From the IMG/VR virus record IMGVR_UViG_3300036773_000053, positions 1-44,018 of that record: a DNA stretch of 44,018 bases, one strand, 5' to 3'. The notes beneath the pieces are model-generated. The model was not told the origin of the DNA. It ran no database searches and saw only the letters and a list, made by a program, of their open reading frames with translations. The position numbers and the translations under genes are program-made. The first letter of the stretch is position 1. Each line of letters begins with the position of its first letter. Of this stretch, positions 7,855-16,735 are shown one piece after another. Source of the stretch: a virus (taxonomy: Duplodnaviria > Caudoviricetes).

Positions 7855-8283
7855 TCAGGCCCCCGCCCGCGAGTAGCGGAGCACGCCCTCGGCGTCGCGC
7901 GCCTTGGCGACCTTGAACGGCGCGAGCTTGATCGCCCGGCTGATCGTCCCGCCGGCACGGGGCCAGCCGAGCGTCTTGGCGATCTCGGCGGCCGAGACAC
8001 CGCCCTTGGTCGAGGCGATCATGGTGATGATCTGCATCTTTGCGCCGGTCGCGGTCTGAACGACCCCCGTCGCGGGCTTCTCGCTGGCCGTAGCGGCCTT
8101 CGGGGCGACAACCGGCTTGACGGTAGCGACCGGCGCCTTGCCGGCCTTGGCGGGCTTGCTAGCGACCTTGGCGGCCTTCGCCTTCAGCGCCGCTTCGAGG
8201 ATTTTGGTCGTCGGACCCTTCGGCGCGACCTTCGCGGTGCGCTTGGCGACGGGCTTGGTGACTTTCTTCGTGGTTGCAGGCAT
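7855..8283 (-). CDS. Lys/Ala-rich (histone H1-like) N-terminus plus DUF3489-like winged helix DNA-binding protein
   Basis: K/A/P-rich first ~75 aa, then GGVSAAEIAKTLGWP...GVLRY; AAGGA RBS. Confidence 0.75.
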   Translation of the reverse strand: MPATTKKVTKPVAKRTAKVAPKGPTTKILEAALKAKAAKVASKPAKAGKAPVATVKPVVAPKAATASEKPATGVVQTATGAKMQIITMIASTKGGVSAAEIAKTLGWPRAGGTISRAIKLAPFKVAKARDAEGVLRYSRAGA

Positions 8284-8324
8284 GATCTGGTGTCCTTGTT
8301 GCTACGGTTGTTGACCTTGCCGGC

Positions 8325-8341
8325 GTTACCGCGCCGGCAAT
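8325..8341. promoter_or_regulatory. 17-bp operator-like site GTTACCGCGCCGGCAAT
   Basis: Fits RTTRYC-N5-GRYAAY, upstream of the reverse-oriented 8283 gene. Confidence 0.5.
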
Positions 8342-8408
8342 GGTCGTTTCTACTGCGCGCGGCTGAAGGTCCAGGGCAATCGCAGACTGTGGCTGCGATT
8401 TTTGGTTG

Positions 8409-9074
8409 ATGGACGCCAACACCGCCTTTGACATCCCCCGGAACTGGACTTTTGAGGACCAAGCGGTCGCGGCCGGCTTTGAACGGCACGTCCGCGAGCA
8501 GCTTCCCTGGTATGAGACCGCAACCGGCGCCGTCGCCCATGTCGCGCGCCACTACATCCCCAACGGCGGGCTGGTTTACGACCTCGGCGCCGCAACCGGG
8601 AACATCGGCCACGCGCTCGCGCCGACCTTGACTGCCCGCGGTGCACGACTGGTCGCGGTCGAGCCGTCCGCCGAGATGGCCGCGATCTACTCGGGCCCAG
8701 GCCAGTTGCTGGTCGAGCGCGCCGAGTGTGTCGCGTTCGAGCCGTTCGATGTCGCCATCGCGTTCCTGACGCTGATGTTCGTCCCGCCGGTCGAGCGCAG
8801 GCCTCTGCTCGCGCGCCTGGTGTCCGCAGCACAGCCCGGTGGCGCGCTGATCGTGTTCGACAAGTGCGAGGCCGAGCGCGGCTATCCGGGGACGGTGCTC
8901 TGGCGCCTCGCACTCGCCGGCAAGCTCGCGGCCGGCGTCGATGCGAGCGAGATCGTCGCCAAGGAACTGTCACTGTCTGGTGTGCAGCGACCCTTGCCGC
9001 GCGCGCTGTTGCCGGCGCACGCGGTCGAGTTCTTTCGCTTCGGCGAATTCGCCGGCTGGCTGATCGAGACATGA
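8409..9074 (+). CDS. CmoA-like SAM-dependent enzyme (carboxy-SAM synthase homologue)
   Basis: WTFEDQAVAAGFERHVREQLPWY, VYDLGAATG, TLMF, PGGALIVFDK, GVDASEIVAK and FRFGEFAGW are colinear with the recalled E. coli CmoA ([63 protein letters not shown]). Confidence 0.8.
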   Translation: MDANTAFDIPRNWTFEDQAVAAGFERHVREQLPWYETATGAVAHVARHYIPNGGLVYDLGAATGNIGHALAPTLTARGARLVAVEPSAEMAAIYSGPGQLLVERAECVAFEPFDVAIAFLTLMFVPPVERRPLLARLVSAAQPGGALIVFDKCEAERGYPGTVLWRLALAGKLAAGVDASEIVAKELSLSGVQRPLPRALLPAHAVEFFRFGEFAGWLIET

Positions 9075-9589
9075 GCCGCCGCAACAAGGGCGGACGCCCG
9101 CGCAAGCCGACCGCGCTTCACAAGCTCCACGGCACTGAGCGCGCGGATCGCAACCTCCGGCCGTATGAACCGCAGCCCGAGGCCGATCTCGATGTCGTGC
9201 CGCCCGACTTTCTATCGCCGAGCCAGAAAGAGGGCTGGCGCTATGTCATGCGCCATGCGCCGCGCGGACTGCTCAAGGCCCTCGACCGCTCCGTGCTCGT
9301 GACCTGGATCGAGGCCGAGGATCGGCATCGCACGGCGATGATGATGCAAGCCAAGCTCGATCTCGGTAATAACCTACCGTTGCTGACCAAGAACAAGGAT
9401 GGCACCGCGACCGCCTCGCCGTATCTCCGCATCATGAACCATGCCGGGCTGGTCATGCTTCGCTGCGGCAGTGAACTCGGCTTCTCGCCGGCCTCGCGCC
9501 CGCGCATCCAGGTGATACCGGCCGGTGGGCCCCCGGTCATCGATGGCGATGTCGATCCTTGGGATGAACTGACGCGGGATGTCGCGTAG
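9071..9589 (+). CDS. Terminase small subunit, P27 family
   Basis: GGRPRKPTALHKLHG...PPDFLS...SPYL...ELGFSPASR. Confidence 0.9.
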   Translation: MSRRNKGGRPRKPTALHKLHGTERADRNLRPYEPQPEADLDVVPPDFLSPSQKEGWRYVMRHAPRGLLKALDRSVLVTWIEAEDRHRTAMMMQAKLDLGNNLPLLTKNKDGTATASPYLRIMNHAGLVMLRCGSELGFSPASRPRIQVIPAGGPPVIDGDVDPWDELTRDVA

Positions 9590-11261
9590 GCAGGACCACG
9601 TTGCCCCGGCGCTCCGCTTCGCTGAATTGCTCGCTGACGACGCGGGCGCCTGCGAGACCGCGCGCAAGGCGGCGCAACGGTTCAACCGCGAGCTTGCCGA
9701 TGCCCGCGCCGGCAACAGCCCCTGGCAGTTCGATGAGGCGCTCGCCAACCGGGCGATGACCTTCGCCTCAATGCTGCCCAACATCAAAGGCCCCGAAGCC
9801 GACAAGCCCATCCGGCTGATGGACTGGCAGCGCTTCGTCTATGCGAACCTATTCGGCTTCGTTGAGGCCGGCACCGCGTTGCGACGCTTCCGGCAGGCGT
9901 TCGTCGCCGTCCCGCGCGGCAACGGCAAGACGACGATCGTCGCGCCCGCCGCGCTCTACTGCACGTTTATGCAGCGCGAGGGCGGTGCGGAAGGCTACGC
10001 CGCCGCGGTGACCCGCGATCAGGCGCGCATCCTGTTCGACATGGCGCAACAGATGGTCCGCCGCACCCCGCAACTCCGCAAGCCGCCGCTCTCGGTCAAG
10101 GTGATGGTCAACGCGATCTTTCAGGAGCACACCGCGAGCCGCTTCGCCCCGATCAGTTCCGACGCCAAGGCACTCGACGGCCTCAACGTCGCCGTCGCGG
10201 TCTGCGATGAAATCGCCAGCCACAAGACGCCCCAGGTTTACGACGTGCTGTTGACCGCGATGGGCAAGCGCATCCAGCCGCTGCTGATCTGCATCACCAC
10301 CGCGACCGACAACAGCGCCGGCATCGGCAAACAACTCTGGGATTATTCGCTCCGCGTGCTCGATAACGTGCAGCAGGATGACCGGCTGTTCGCGCTGATC
10401 TATACCGCCGACGCCAACGACGACACCTGGAGCGAGGCGACGTGGCGCAAGGTCAACCCCGGCTGGGGCCAGACCGTCCAGCCTGACGCGATCCACGCCG
10501 TTGCCAAGCAGGCGCGGAACAATCCCGCGCAGGAGTCGGCATTCAAGACGCGCCATCTCAACCTATGGGTCGGCGCGGACCAAGCGCTGTTCAGTATGCG
10601 CGCTTGGCAGGATTGCACCGACCCGACGCTGCGCATCGAGGACTTCGCCGGCAAGCCTTGTCATATCGCGCTTGATCTCGCGAGCAAGACTGACCTTGCC
10701 GCCGTTGCGATCGTGTTCCCGGACGGCAGCAACTATGCGGTGTTCGCCCGCTGCTACCTCAATGAACAGGCCGTGCTCGAGGCGCGCAACCCGTCCTATC
10801 CCGGCTGGGCACGCACGGGCGCGTTGACCATCACGCCCGGCAACGAAACCGACTTTAGCGTCATCGAGGATGACATCATCGATCTCGGCAAGCAGTTCCA
10901 GGTGGAATCGGTCGGGTTTGATCCCTGGCGCGCTACGCAGCTTGCCCAACGTCTGACAAAGGAGCGAGTGCCCTGCATCGAGCTGCGCATGAACGCGCAG
11001 ACATTGAGCGAGCCGACCATCGAACTCGACGCCGCTGTGCGTAGCGGCCGGCTCCGTCATGACGGCAATGGCGTGCTGGCGTGGTGCATGTCCAATGTGG
11101 TCGGACACTACGATGCGCGCGGCAACGTGTTTCCGCGCAAGGCGCGCCCTGAGAACAAGATTGACGCTGCTGTCGCGCTGATGATGGGCATTGCCCGCGT
11201 CATGACCAGCATTCCCACGACATCGGTCTACGAGACGCGTGGACTGATGATGCTCGGCTAA
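9579..11261 (+). CDS. Terminase large subunit
   Basis: LMDWQ, Walker A PRGNGKT, Walker B VCDEI, nuclease DLASKTD and KIDAAVA. Confidence 0.97.
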   Translation: MSRRQDHVAPALRFAELLADDAGACETARKAAQRFNRELADARAGNSPWQFDEALANRAMTFASMLPNIKGPEADKPIRLMDWQRFVYANLFGFVEAGTALRRFRQAFVAVPRGNGKTTIVAPAALYCTFMQREGGAEGYAAAVTRDQARILFDMAQQMVRRTPQLRKPPLSVKVMVNAIFQEHTASRFAPISSDAKALDGLNVAVAVCDEIASHKTPQVYDVLLTAMGKRIQPLLICITTATDNSAGIGKQLWDYSLRVLDNVQQDDRLFALIYTADANDDTWSEATWRKVNPGWGQTVQPDAIHAVAKQARNNPAQESAFKTRHLNLWVGADQALFSMRAWQDCTDPTLRIEDFAGKPCHIALDLASKTDLAAVAIVFPDGSNYAVFARCYLNEQAVLEARNPSYPGWARTGALTITPGNETDFSVIEDDIIDLGKQFQVESVGFDPWRATQLAQRLTKERVPCIELRMNAQTLSEPTIELDAAVRSGRLRHDGNGVLAWCMSNVVGHYDARGNVFPRKARPENKIDAAVALMMGIARVMTSIPTTSVYETRGLMMLG

Positions 11262-11311
11262 TGGCCTTGCACCTCGTGCCTATCGTTTCAACTGAAACAG
11301 GAGTGAGTGGT

Positions 11312-11863
11312 ATGCCGTTCGTTAGTGGTTTCCTACGCCTGCGCCGTGGCGGTCATCCCGACCAGGGCCTTCCCGGAGGCGAAGGGCCGGTTGATCCGGA
11401 TTACGGCATCGATTCTGGGCATCCCGATCAAGGGCTGCCGGGTGGCGGGCTGTATCCCGACCAAGGGCTGCCTCGGCCACCTGTCGGCACATTTCCGCCG
11501 TTGACACCATCGAATCCGATCGCACCCGCACCACCGTCCGTGCCCCCTGGCACAATCTGGCCCCCCGTGTGGGGTCCGGTCGATCCTGGGTATGGCATCG
11601 ATGAAGGCGGCCGTCCCGACCAGAGCCTGCCAGGACGGCCCGCGCGCCCCGACCAGGGTCTGCCGGCAACACCAGGACAGCCGCCGCGTCCCGACCAGGG
11701 CTTGCCTAGTGTGGGTGGTGAACATCCCGACCAGGGCCTGCCTAGTCGAGTCTATTGGATGATTGCTTACTGTCCCGCGCTGGGCTGGAAGTATGTCGCG
11801 GTTGATCCGGCGCTTCGGCCGAGCCATCCGATTGCGCCGCCTCCGACTGCGCAGCCGAAGTAG
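11312..11863 (+). CDS. Pro/Gly-rich PDQGLP-repeat protein
   Basis: AGGAG RBS then ATG 11312; seven PDQ[GS]LP and two PVDP[DG]YGID motifs. Confidence 0.75.
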   Translation: MPFVSGFLRLRRGGHPDQGLPGGEGPVDPDYGIDSGHPDQGLPGGGLYPDQGLPRPPVGTFPPLTPSNPIAPAPPSVPPGTIWPPVWGPVDPGYGIDEGGRPDQSLPGRPARPDQGLPATPGQPPRPDQGLPSVGGEHPDQGLPSRVYWMIAYCPALGWKYVAVDPALRPSHPIAPPPTAQPK

Positions 11864-11872
11864 CTGTCTGTC

Positions 11873-12253
11873 GTGCCGTTCGTCGCCGCGCATCCGGAGG
11901 CATACGTGGGGCTGGTCGTCGGTGACGGCCATTGCGTCGCTTATGTCCGCGCGGCGGCGAACGCCCCTCATACCAGCCTGTGGATCGAAGGGCGCCCGGT
12001 ATACGAGGTCGCGGATACGCTCACACCGGGCACCGCGATTGCGTCATTCAACCGCGACGGCCGGTATGGCAACGCGACCGATGGGTCAAGTCATGCGGCG
12101 CTGTTCGTGTCAGGCGATGAGGCGGGCGGCATCGCGGTTTATGATCAGTGGCGCTTGCATCCGGTCTCGCGGCGCATCATTCGCGCCAAAGGCGGCAAGG
12201 GACCGGCCGCTGATGACGCCGACGCGTTCGCCGTGATCGAGGTGTCAGAGTGA
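11873..12253 (+). CDS. BPSL0067/Tae2-like cysteine peptidoglycan amidase (candidate endolysin)
   Basis: GDGHCVAYVR...TSLW...GTAIASF...GRYGN...SHAALF...VYDQW, Cys/His dyad. Confidence 0.75.
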   Translation: MPFVAAHPEAYVGLVVGDGHCVAYVRAAANAPHTSLWIEGRPVYEVADTLTPGTAIASFNRDGRYGNATDGSSHAALFVSGDEAGGIAVYDQWRLHPVSRRIIRAKGGKGPAADDADAFAVIEVSE

Positions 12254-12259
12254 GCGTTC

Positions 12260-12505
12260 ATGCCAGGACCTCCATTCGACATGCTGCGCGCGTGCTTCTG
12301 GCTCATGGCGATCATCGTGATGGTGATGGTCGCCGAGAGCGTGCTGGCGGTGGCGGGCTGCTTTTGGCTGGTGCTGAGCGGTCAACAGAAAGCAGGCGCA
12401 TGTATCGAGGCGGGCGTTGTCGGCCAAGCACGGGAGGTTCTGGAGCTTGCTCTGACAACGGTGCTCGCGTTGCTGCTCGCGGCACGCAAACCGCCGGACC
12501 CATGA
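12260..12505 (+). CDS. Small membrane protein, holin candidate
   Basis: Two hydrophobic segments and a charged C-terminus; adjacent to the amidase. Confidence 0.55.
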   Translation: MPGPPFDMLRACFWLMAIIVMVMVAESVLAVAGCFWLVLSGQQKAGACIEAGVVGQAREVLELALTTVLALLLAARKPPDP

Positions 12506-12509
12506 TCCC

Positions 12510-13844
12510 ATGAGCATCCGCGAACGCATCGGCCAATGGCTGATAGGTCAGTCGCAACCGTCCGCCGCGCCATCCGCTCCCGAGACGAAAGACGCGGGCG
12601 GCCCGACCTCGACCCTTGGGGGCCTGGGGTGGCCGCAACCGATGCTCTATGCCGCGCTCGGCGGCTACGCGAGCAATACCGGCGTTCCCGTTACCCCGTT
12701 TACCGCCTTGCAGGCCGCAGCGGTTTACGCGTGCGTCCGGTGCGTGTCGCAGGACATCGCGATGCTCGATCCGTTCGTGCGTCGCAAGCTGCCGGGGTTC
12801 AAATGGAAGATTGAGACCCGCCACCCGCTCAACCGACTTTTCGCCGCGCCGAACCGCTGGCAGACGTGGTTCGAGTTCGTCAGCTACGCCGTGTCGTCGC
12901 TGTGCTTGCGCGGCAACGCGTTCGCCGTGGTCGATCGCGACGGCGCCGGCAATCCGATCGAACTGGTTCCGATTGCGCCGGATCGCGTGACGATGATGCT
13001 CACTGAGGACGGCGAGCTTTGGTATCGCATCAACTCGCGCCGCCTCGGCTACGGGCTGGTGATCCCGCCGGACGACATGATCCACATTAAGAACATTTCC
13101 ATGGACAGTTACGTGGGTGTGTCGCCGATCGCGATCGCGCAAGACGTGATCGGCCTCGCGCTCGCAACCCAGCAACACGGCGGTATCCTGTTCCGCCAGG
13201 GTGGTCAGATCGGCGGCGTGATCAAGCATCCGGGGCAACTGAGCAAGGAAGCCGCTGACAGGATCGCGAACTCATGGCGCGATACGCACAGCGGCGTGCA
13301 GAACTCGCACAAGGTCGCCGTGCTTGAGGAAGGCATGGGGTTTGAGAAAATCGCGATGACCAACGAGGACTCGCAATTCCTCGAAACGCGACGTTTCCAG
13401 GTGGTCGATATCTGCCGCCTCTATGGGGTGCCACCGCACCGCCTAGGCGAACTCGACAAGGCCACGCTTAATAACATAGAGCAACAAAACCAGCAATATG
13501 TCGATAGTGCATTAAAGCCCGTTGCTCGGTCAATTGAGCAACTATTCGACCGTCATCTGTTATTCGAGGATGAGCGCCTGACGTTGCAGTGCAAGTTCAG
13601 CTTTGACGACATGACGCGCGGTCCGCTGCTGGAACGCTATCAGGCATACCAAGTCGGCACGCTCAACGGCTGGCTGTCCCGCAATGAGGTGCGCGCTCGC
13701 GAGAACCTCGACCCGATCGATGACGGGACCGGCGATGATTACCGCGTGCCGCTCAACACCGGCGATCCGACCGCAGCACAGACCATCGGCCAGCAGGCCG
13801 GGCCGAAGCAGCCCGCGACAGTGGAGGGTGATGACGATGAATGA
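12510..13844 (+). CDS. HK97-family portal protein
   Basis: AVYACVR, LRGNAF, GVSPI, QFLETRRFQVVDICRLYGVPPH, NEVRARENL. Confidence 0.97.
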   Translation: MSIRERIGQWLIGQSQPSAAPSAPETKDAGGPTSTLGGLGWPQPMLYAALGGYASNTGVPVTPFTALQAAAVYACVRCVSQDIAMLDPFVRRKLPGFKWKIETRHPLNRLFAAPNRWQTWFEFVSYAVSSLCLRGNAFAVVDRDGAGNPIELVPIAPDRVTMMLTEDGELWYRINSRRLGYGLVIPPDDMIHIKNISMDSYVGVSPIAIAQDVIGLALATQQHGGILFRQGGQIGGVIKHPGQLSKEAADRIANSWRDTHSGVQNSHKVAVLEEGMGFEKIAMTNEDSQFLETRRFQVVDICRLYGVPPHRLGELDKATLNNIEQQNQQYVDSALKPVARSIEQLFDRHLLFEDERLTLQCKFSFDDMTRGPLLERYQAYQVGTLNGWLSRNEVRARENLDPIDDGTGDDYRVPLNTGDPTAAQTIGQQAGPKQPATVEGDDDE

Positions 13845-14040
13845 CGACGACACAATCGCCATCGATCTGTCAGCCGACACAATCCGCATATTTGGCATGA
13901 GGTATTCCCTCGGTCTGTTCCGAACGCTTGCTTTTGGCGCGATCGGCGGCGTCTTTCGCATCGTGAATCGCGCTGATGGCGTAGTTACGCTTGGAACGGT
14001 CGAACCGCCGGTTGTGGAGGCCCACGATGCAGATCGTTAG
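13831..14040 (+). CDS. Hypothetical protein (start 13831 or 13837)
   Basis: GGAGG RBS; overlaps both the portal stop and the protease start. Confidence 0.55.
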   Translation: MTMNDDDTIAIDLSADTIRIFGMRYSLGLFRTLAFGAIGGVFRIVNRADGVVTLGTVEPPVVEAHDADR

Positions 14041-14716
14041 CGCGACGCGGTTCAAGCTGCTCAACCGCAACCGTCGCACCGCCGCCGCCGCGTTCGGTGT
14101 CCGCAAGCAGATCATCGCCCCCGCTGACATCATCGAAAGCGACAAGCGCGCGCTGCGGTTCACCATCTCGACGGCCAGCGTTGACCGCGAACAGGACACC
14201 ATCGCCATCGCCGGGTGGGACCTGACGAATTACCGGAAAAATCCGGTGGTGCTCTGGGGCCACGACTCCTCGCGCCTGCCGATCGGTCGCGGGTTCGATG
14301 TCGCCGTTGAGGATGGCGCGCTCAAGGCGTCGGTCGAGTTCATCCCGCAGGACCTGCCGGAAGGCGGTTCGTTCGCCGAGTCCGTCTATCGCCTTGCGCG
14401 CGGCGGGTTCATCGCCGCGACCTCGGTCGGTTTCCGCCCGCTGAAATGGACTTACAGCACCGACAAGGAACGCGGTGCGGATGACTGGTTCCCCGGTATC
14501 GACTTCGAGGAACAGGAGCTGGTCGAGCTGTCGATCGTCACCGTTCCCGCCAATCCCGAGGCGCTGGTCGATGAGCCATTGCTCGGCGAGGGCACCGCGA
14601 TTGCCACACCGAACCCGACGAGCGGCGAGGAAGTAACCGCTCTTAATGAAGAACGAATAAGAGCACGAGCACGCCGCCGACGCGTGCTCCAACTGGCTAT
14701 GGCGACTGCGGACTGA
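14027..14716 (+). CDS. HK97-family prohead protease
   Basis: STASVDREQD, NPVVLWGHD, SVGF, ELSIVTVPANPEA. Confidence 0.93.
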   Translation: MQIVSATRFKLLNRNRRTAAAAFGVRKQIIAPADIIESDKRALRFTISTASVDREQDTIAIAGWDLTNYRKNPVVLWGHDSSRLPIGRGFDVAVEDGALKASVEFIPQDLPEGGSFAESVYRLARGGFIAATSVGFRPLKWTYSTDKERGADDWFPGIDFEEQELVELSIVTVPANPEALVDEPLLGEGTAIATPNPTSGEEVTALNEERIRARARRRRVLQLAMATAD

Positions 14717-14756
14717 TCCGCGCGCCCTTAACCCCACACACACAAGGATCAAGGTT

Positions 14757-16280
14757 ATGGCTGGGCTTTCCGAGAAGCATCGCGAACTGAAGCGTCGGCG
14801 CGCTGAAATCGTCGCCAAGATGGGCACCATCGTTAAGGAAGACTCCGACGACAAGCCGGCGAGCGAGGAAGAGACCAATACATTCGACGAACTCGCCGCC
14901 TCACTGGCCGCGATCGATCAGCGCCTGCAACGCGTCGCCGCTGCCATGCAGGCCGCCGCAGAGGGCGCACAGGACGCGGACCAGGACGACCCGGATGCGG
15001 ACCCGGACGACAAGGGCCTGAAGCGCCAGAACTGGCGTATGCCCGCCGCAACAGTGAAGCGTGATCCCGACGCCGGGCTGAAGGACAAGCGGGGCGTCAA
15101 GGCCGCGCGCTACGTGCTGGGCCTCATGCACGCCAGCTTCCACCATGTCTCGCTGGAGAAGGCGGCGGAGTTCGTCAGCAACCGCTTCGGTGATGACATC
15201 GTCGCCCGCGCGCTCAATGCCGGGGTGACCGGCGAAGGTGGCGCGCTGATCCCGCAGGACTTCATGGCCGACCTGATCGAGCTACTCCGCGCGATGACCG
15301 CCGTGCGCGGCGCTGGCCCGATGGAGGTCGGAATGCCAATGGGCAACCTGACCATTCCGCGCCTCGCCGGTGGTGCGACCGCTGCTTACCAGAATGAGCT
15401 TGACGACATCGGTATCTCGCAGCAGCGGTTCGACGATGTGAACCTCGTGGCCAAGAAACTGACCGCGATGGTGCCGGTATCAAACGACCTGATCCGCCGC
15501 TCGCCGATCGGCGTCGAGGAAATCGTGCGTGACGATCTTGTGCAGACCGTGGCCCGTCGGGAGGACCTCGCTTTCCTACGCGGCGACGGCACCGACAAGG
15601 GGCCGATCGGGATGCGCCACCTCGTGCTGCCGGCGAACCTGATCACCGTCACCGCGATGCCCGCGACGCCCGCACCGGGGGACCAACTGACCGCGATCCT
15701 GGCCGGGGCGTCAGCGGCCATTCTCGCCCTGCAGAACGGCATGAGCCGCATGATCCGCCCCACCTGGATCATGGCGCCGACGATTGCGCGGTTCATCAGC
15801 ACCGCGCGCGATCAGGTCGGCGGGTTCTACTTCAAGGACGAAATGGCGCGGCTGACGTTCGAAGGCTATCCGGTCCGCCTGACGCAGCAAATTCCGACAA
15901 ACTTGGTGATGACGACCTTCACCAAGGCATCGGAAATCTACTTCGTGGACATGGCGGATTTCATCATCGCCGACACTTACAACGTGGTGGTCGATGCCTC
16001 CGATGTCGCGGCCTACAACGATGGGACCGGCATGGTGTCGAGCTTCCAGCGCGACCAGTCGCTATTCCGCGTCATTGCTGAGCACGACGTGAATATGCGG
16101 CACCTCCAATCGCTCGTGGTGTTGCTGACGCAGGATTGGGGCTTCTCCGGGGTTCCAGGCTCGCCTGGGGCGCCTTACTCGACGCAGCCGCTCAATCCCA
16201 CGTGGTCGCAGGCCTCCGCCATCAGGCCGGCTCTGGCGACCGGCGCGAACGCACCGCCGACGCTCAAGGACCCGGCATAA
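14757..16280 (+). CDS. HK97-fold major capsid protein
   Basis: N-terminal coiled-coil delta domain, GGALIPQDF, KKLTAMVPVSNDLI, FLRGDG, FQRDQ. Confidence 0.95.
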   Translation: MAGLSEKHRELKRRRAEIVAKMGTIVKEDSDDKPASEEETNTFDELAASLAAIDQRLQRVAAAMQAAAEGAQDADQDDPDADPDDKGLKRQNWRMPAATVKRDPDAGLKDKRGVKAARYVLGLMHASFHHVSLEKAAEFVSNRFGDDIVARALNAGVTGEGGALIPQDFMADLIELLRAMTAVRGAGPMEVGMPMGNLTIPRLAGGATAAYQNELDDIGISQQRFDDVNLVAKKLTAMVPVSNDLIRRSPIGVEEIVRDDLVQTVARREDLAFLRGDGTDKGPIGMRHLVLPANLITVTAMPATPAPGDQLTAILAGASAAILALQNGMSRMIRPTWIMAPTIARFISTARDQVGGFYFKDEMARLTFEGYPVRLTQQIPTNLVMTTFTKASEIYFVDMADFIIADTYNVVVDASDVAAYNDGTGMVSSFQRDQSLFRVIAEHDVNMRHLQSLVVLLTQDWGFSGVPGSPGAPYSTQPLNPTWSQASAIRPALATGANAPPTLKDPA

Positions 16281-16295
16281 CAGGGAGGACGCACG

Positions 16296-16724
16296 ATGTC
16301 AGAGACCGAGACCATGCCAGCCGCCGAACCGGGCGGCCGTGTCGTCACGTTCGCCACGCAATGGGGCAGCTACAATGCAGGCGAGTCCGCCGCCTTCAGC
16401 GAGATGGACGCCGACGCGCTCATTGCGCAAGGCGTCGCGACGGCGGGCAGCGAAGGGGGAACGGCCGAACCACGGCCGGACCTCCCGCCTGGGGGCGTGA
16501 TGACGGCAGGCCTGGAACATCCGCCGCGCCGCTGGCCACCCGATCCGCAACACCTCGACGTGGTGCAGACCTATGACCCGCGCGTGTCGACCCAACTAGA
16601 TCGCGCCGCGCGTGACATCGCCTCGGGCAAGCCAGGGTCAGCGGCGCAAGAGGACCTCGCCGCCGCAACGGAGAAAGCCAAAGCAGCGACGGAACCGCCG
16701 GCGAAGTCGGAACCGGCCGCGTAA
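16296..16724 (+). CDS. Capsid-associated small-domain protein, paralogue 1
   Basis: VTFATQWGSYNAGESAAFSEMDADALIAQGVA motif; directly after the MCP. Confidence 0.7.
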   Translation: MSETETMPAAEPGGRVVTFATQWGSYNAGESAAFSEMDADALIAQGVATAGSEGGTAEPRPDLPPGGVMTAGLEHPPRRWPPDPQHLDVVQTYDPRVSTQLDRAARDIASGKPGSAAQEDLAAATEKAKAATEPPAKSEPAA

Positions 16725-16735
16725 CGGAGGCCGCA

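Noticed and set aside
7426-8409. 327-aa plus-strand ORF and similar long alternative-frame ORFs (e.g. 28299-29579, 36668-37552, 38262-39077)
   Set aside because: Arg/Gly/Ala-rich shadow frames of real genes in high-GC DNA, with no motifs or RBS
8409-9074. tRNA cmo5U modification auxiliary gene
   Set aside because: No cmoB-like partner or tRNA genes seen; the neighbouring Arg-motif MTase is a more coherent consumer (not formally excluded)
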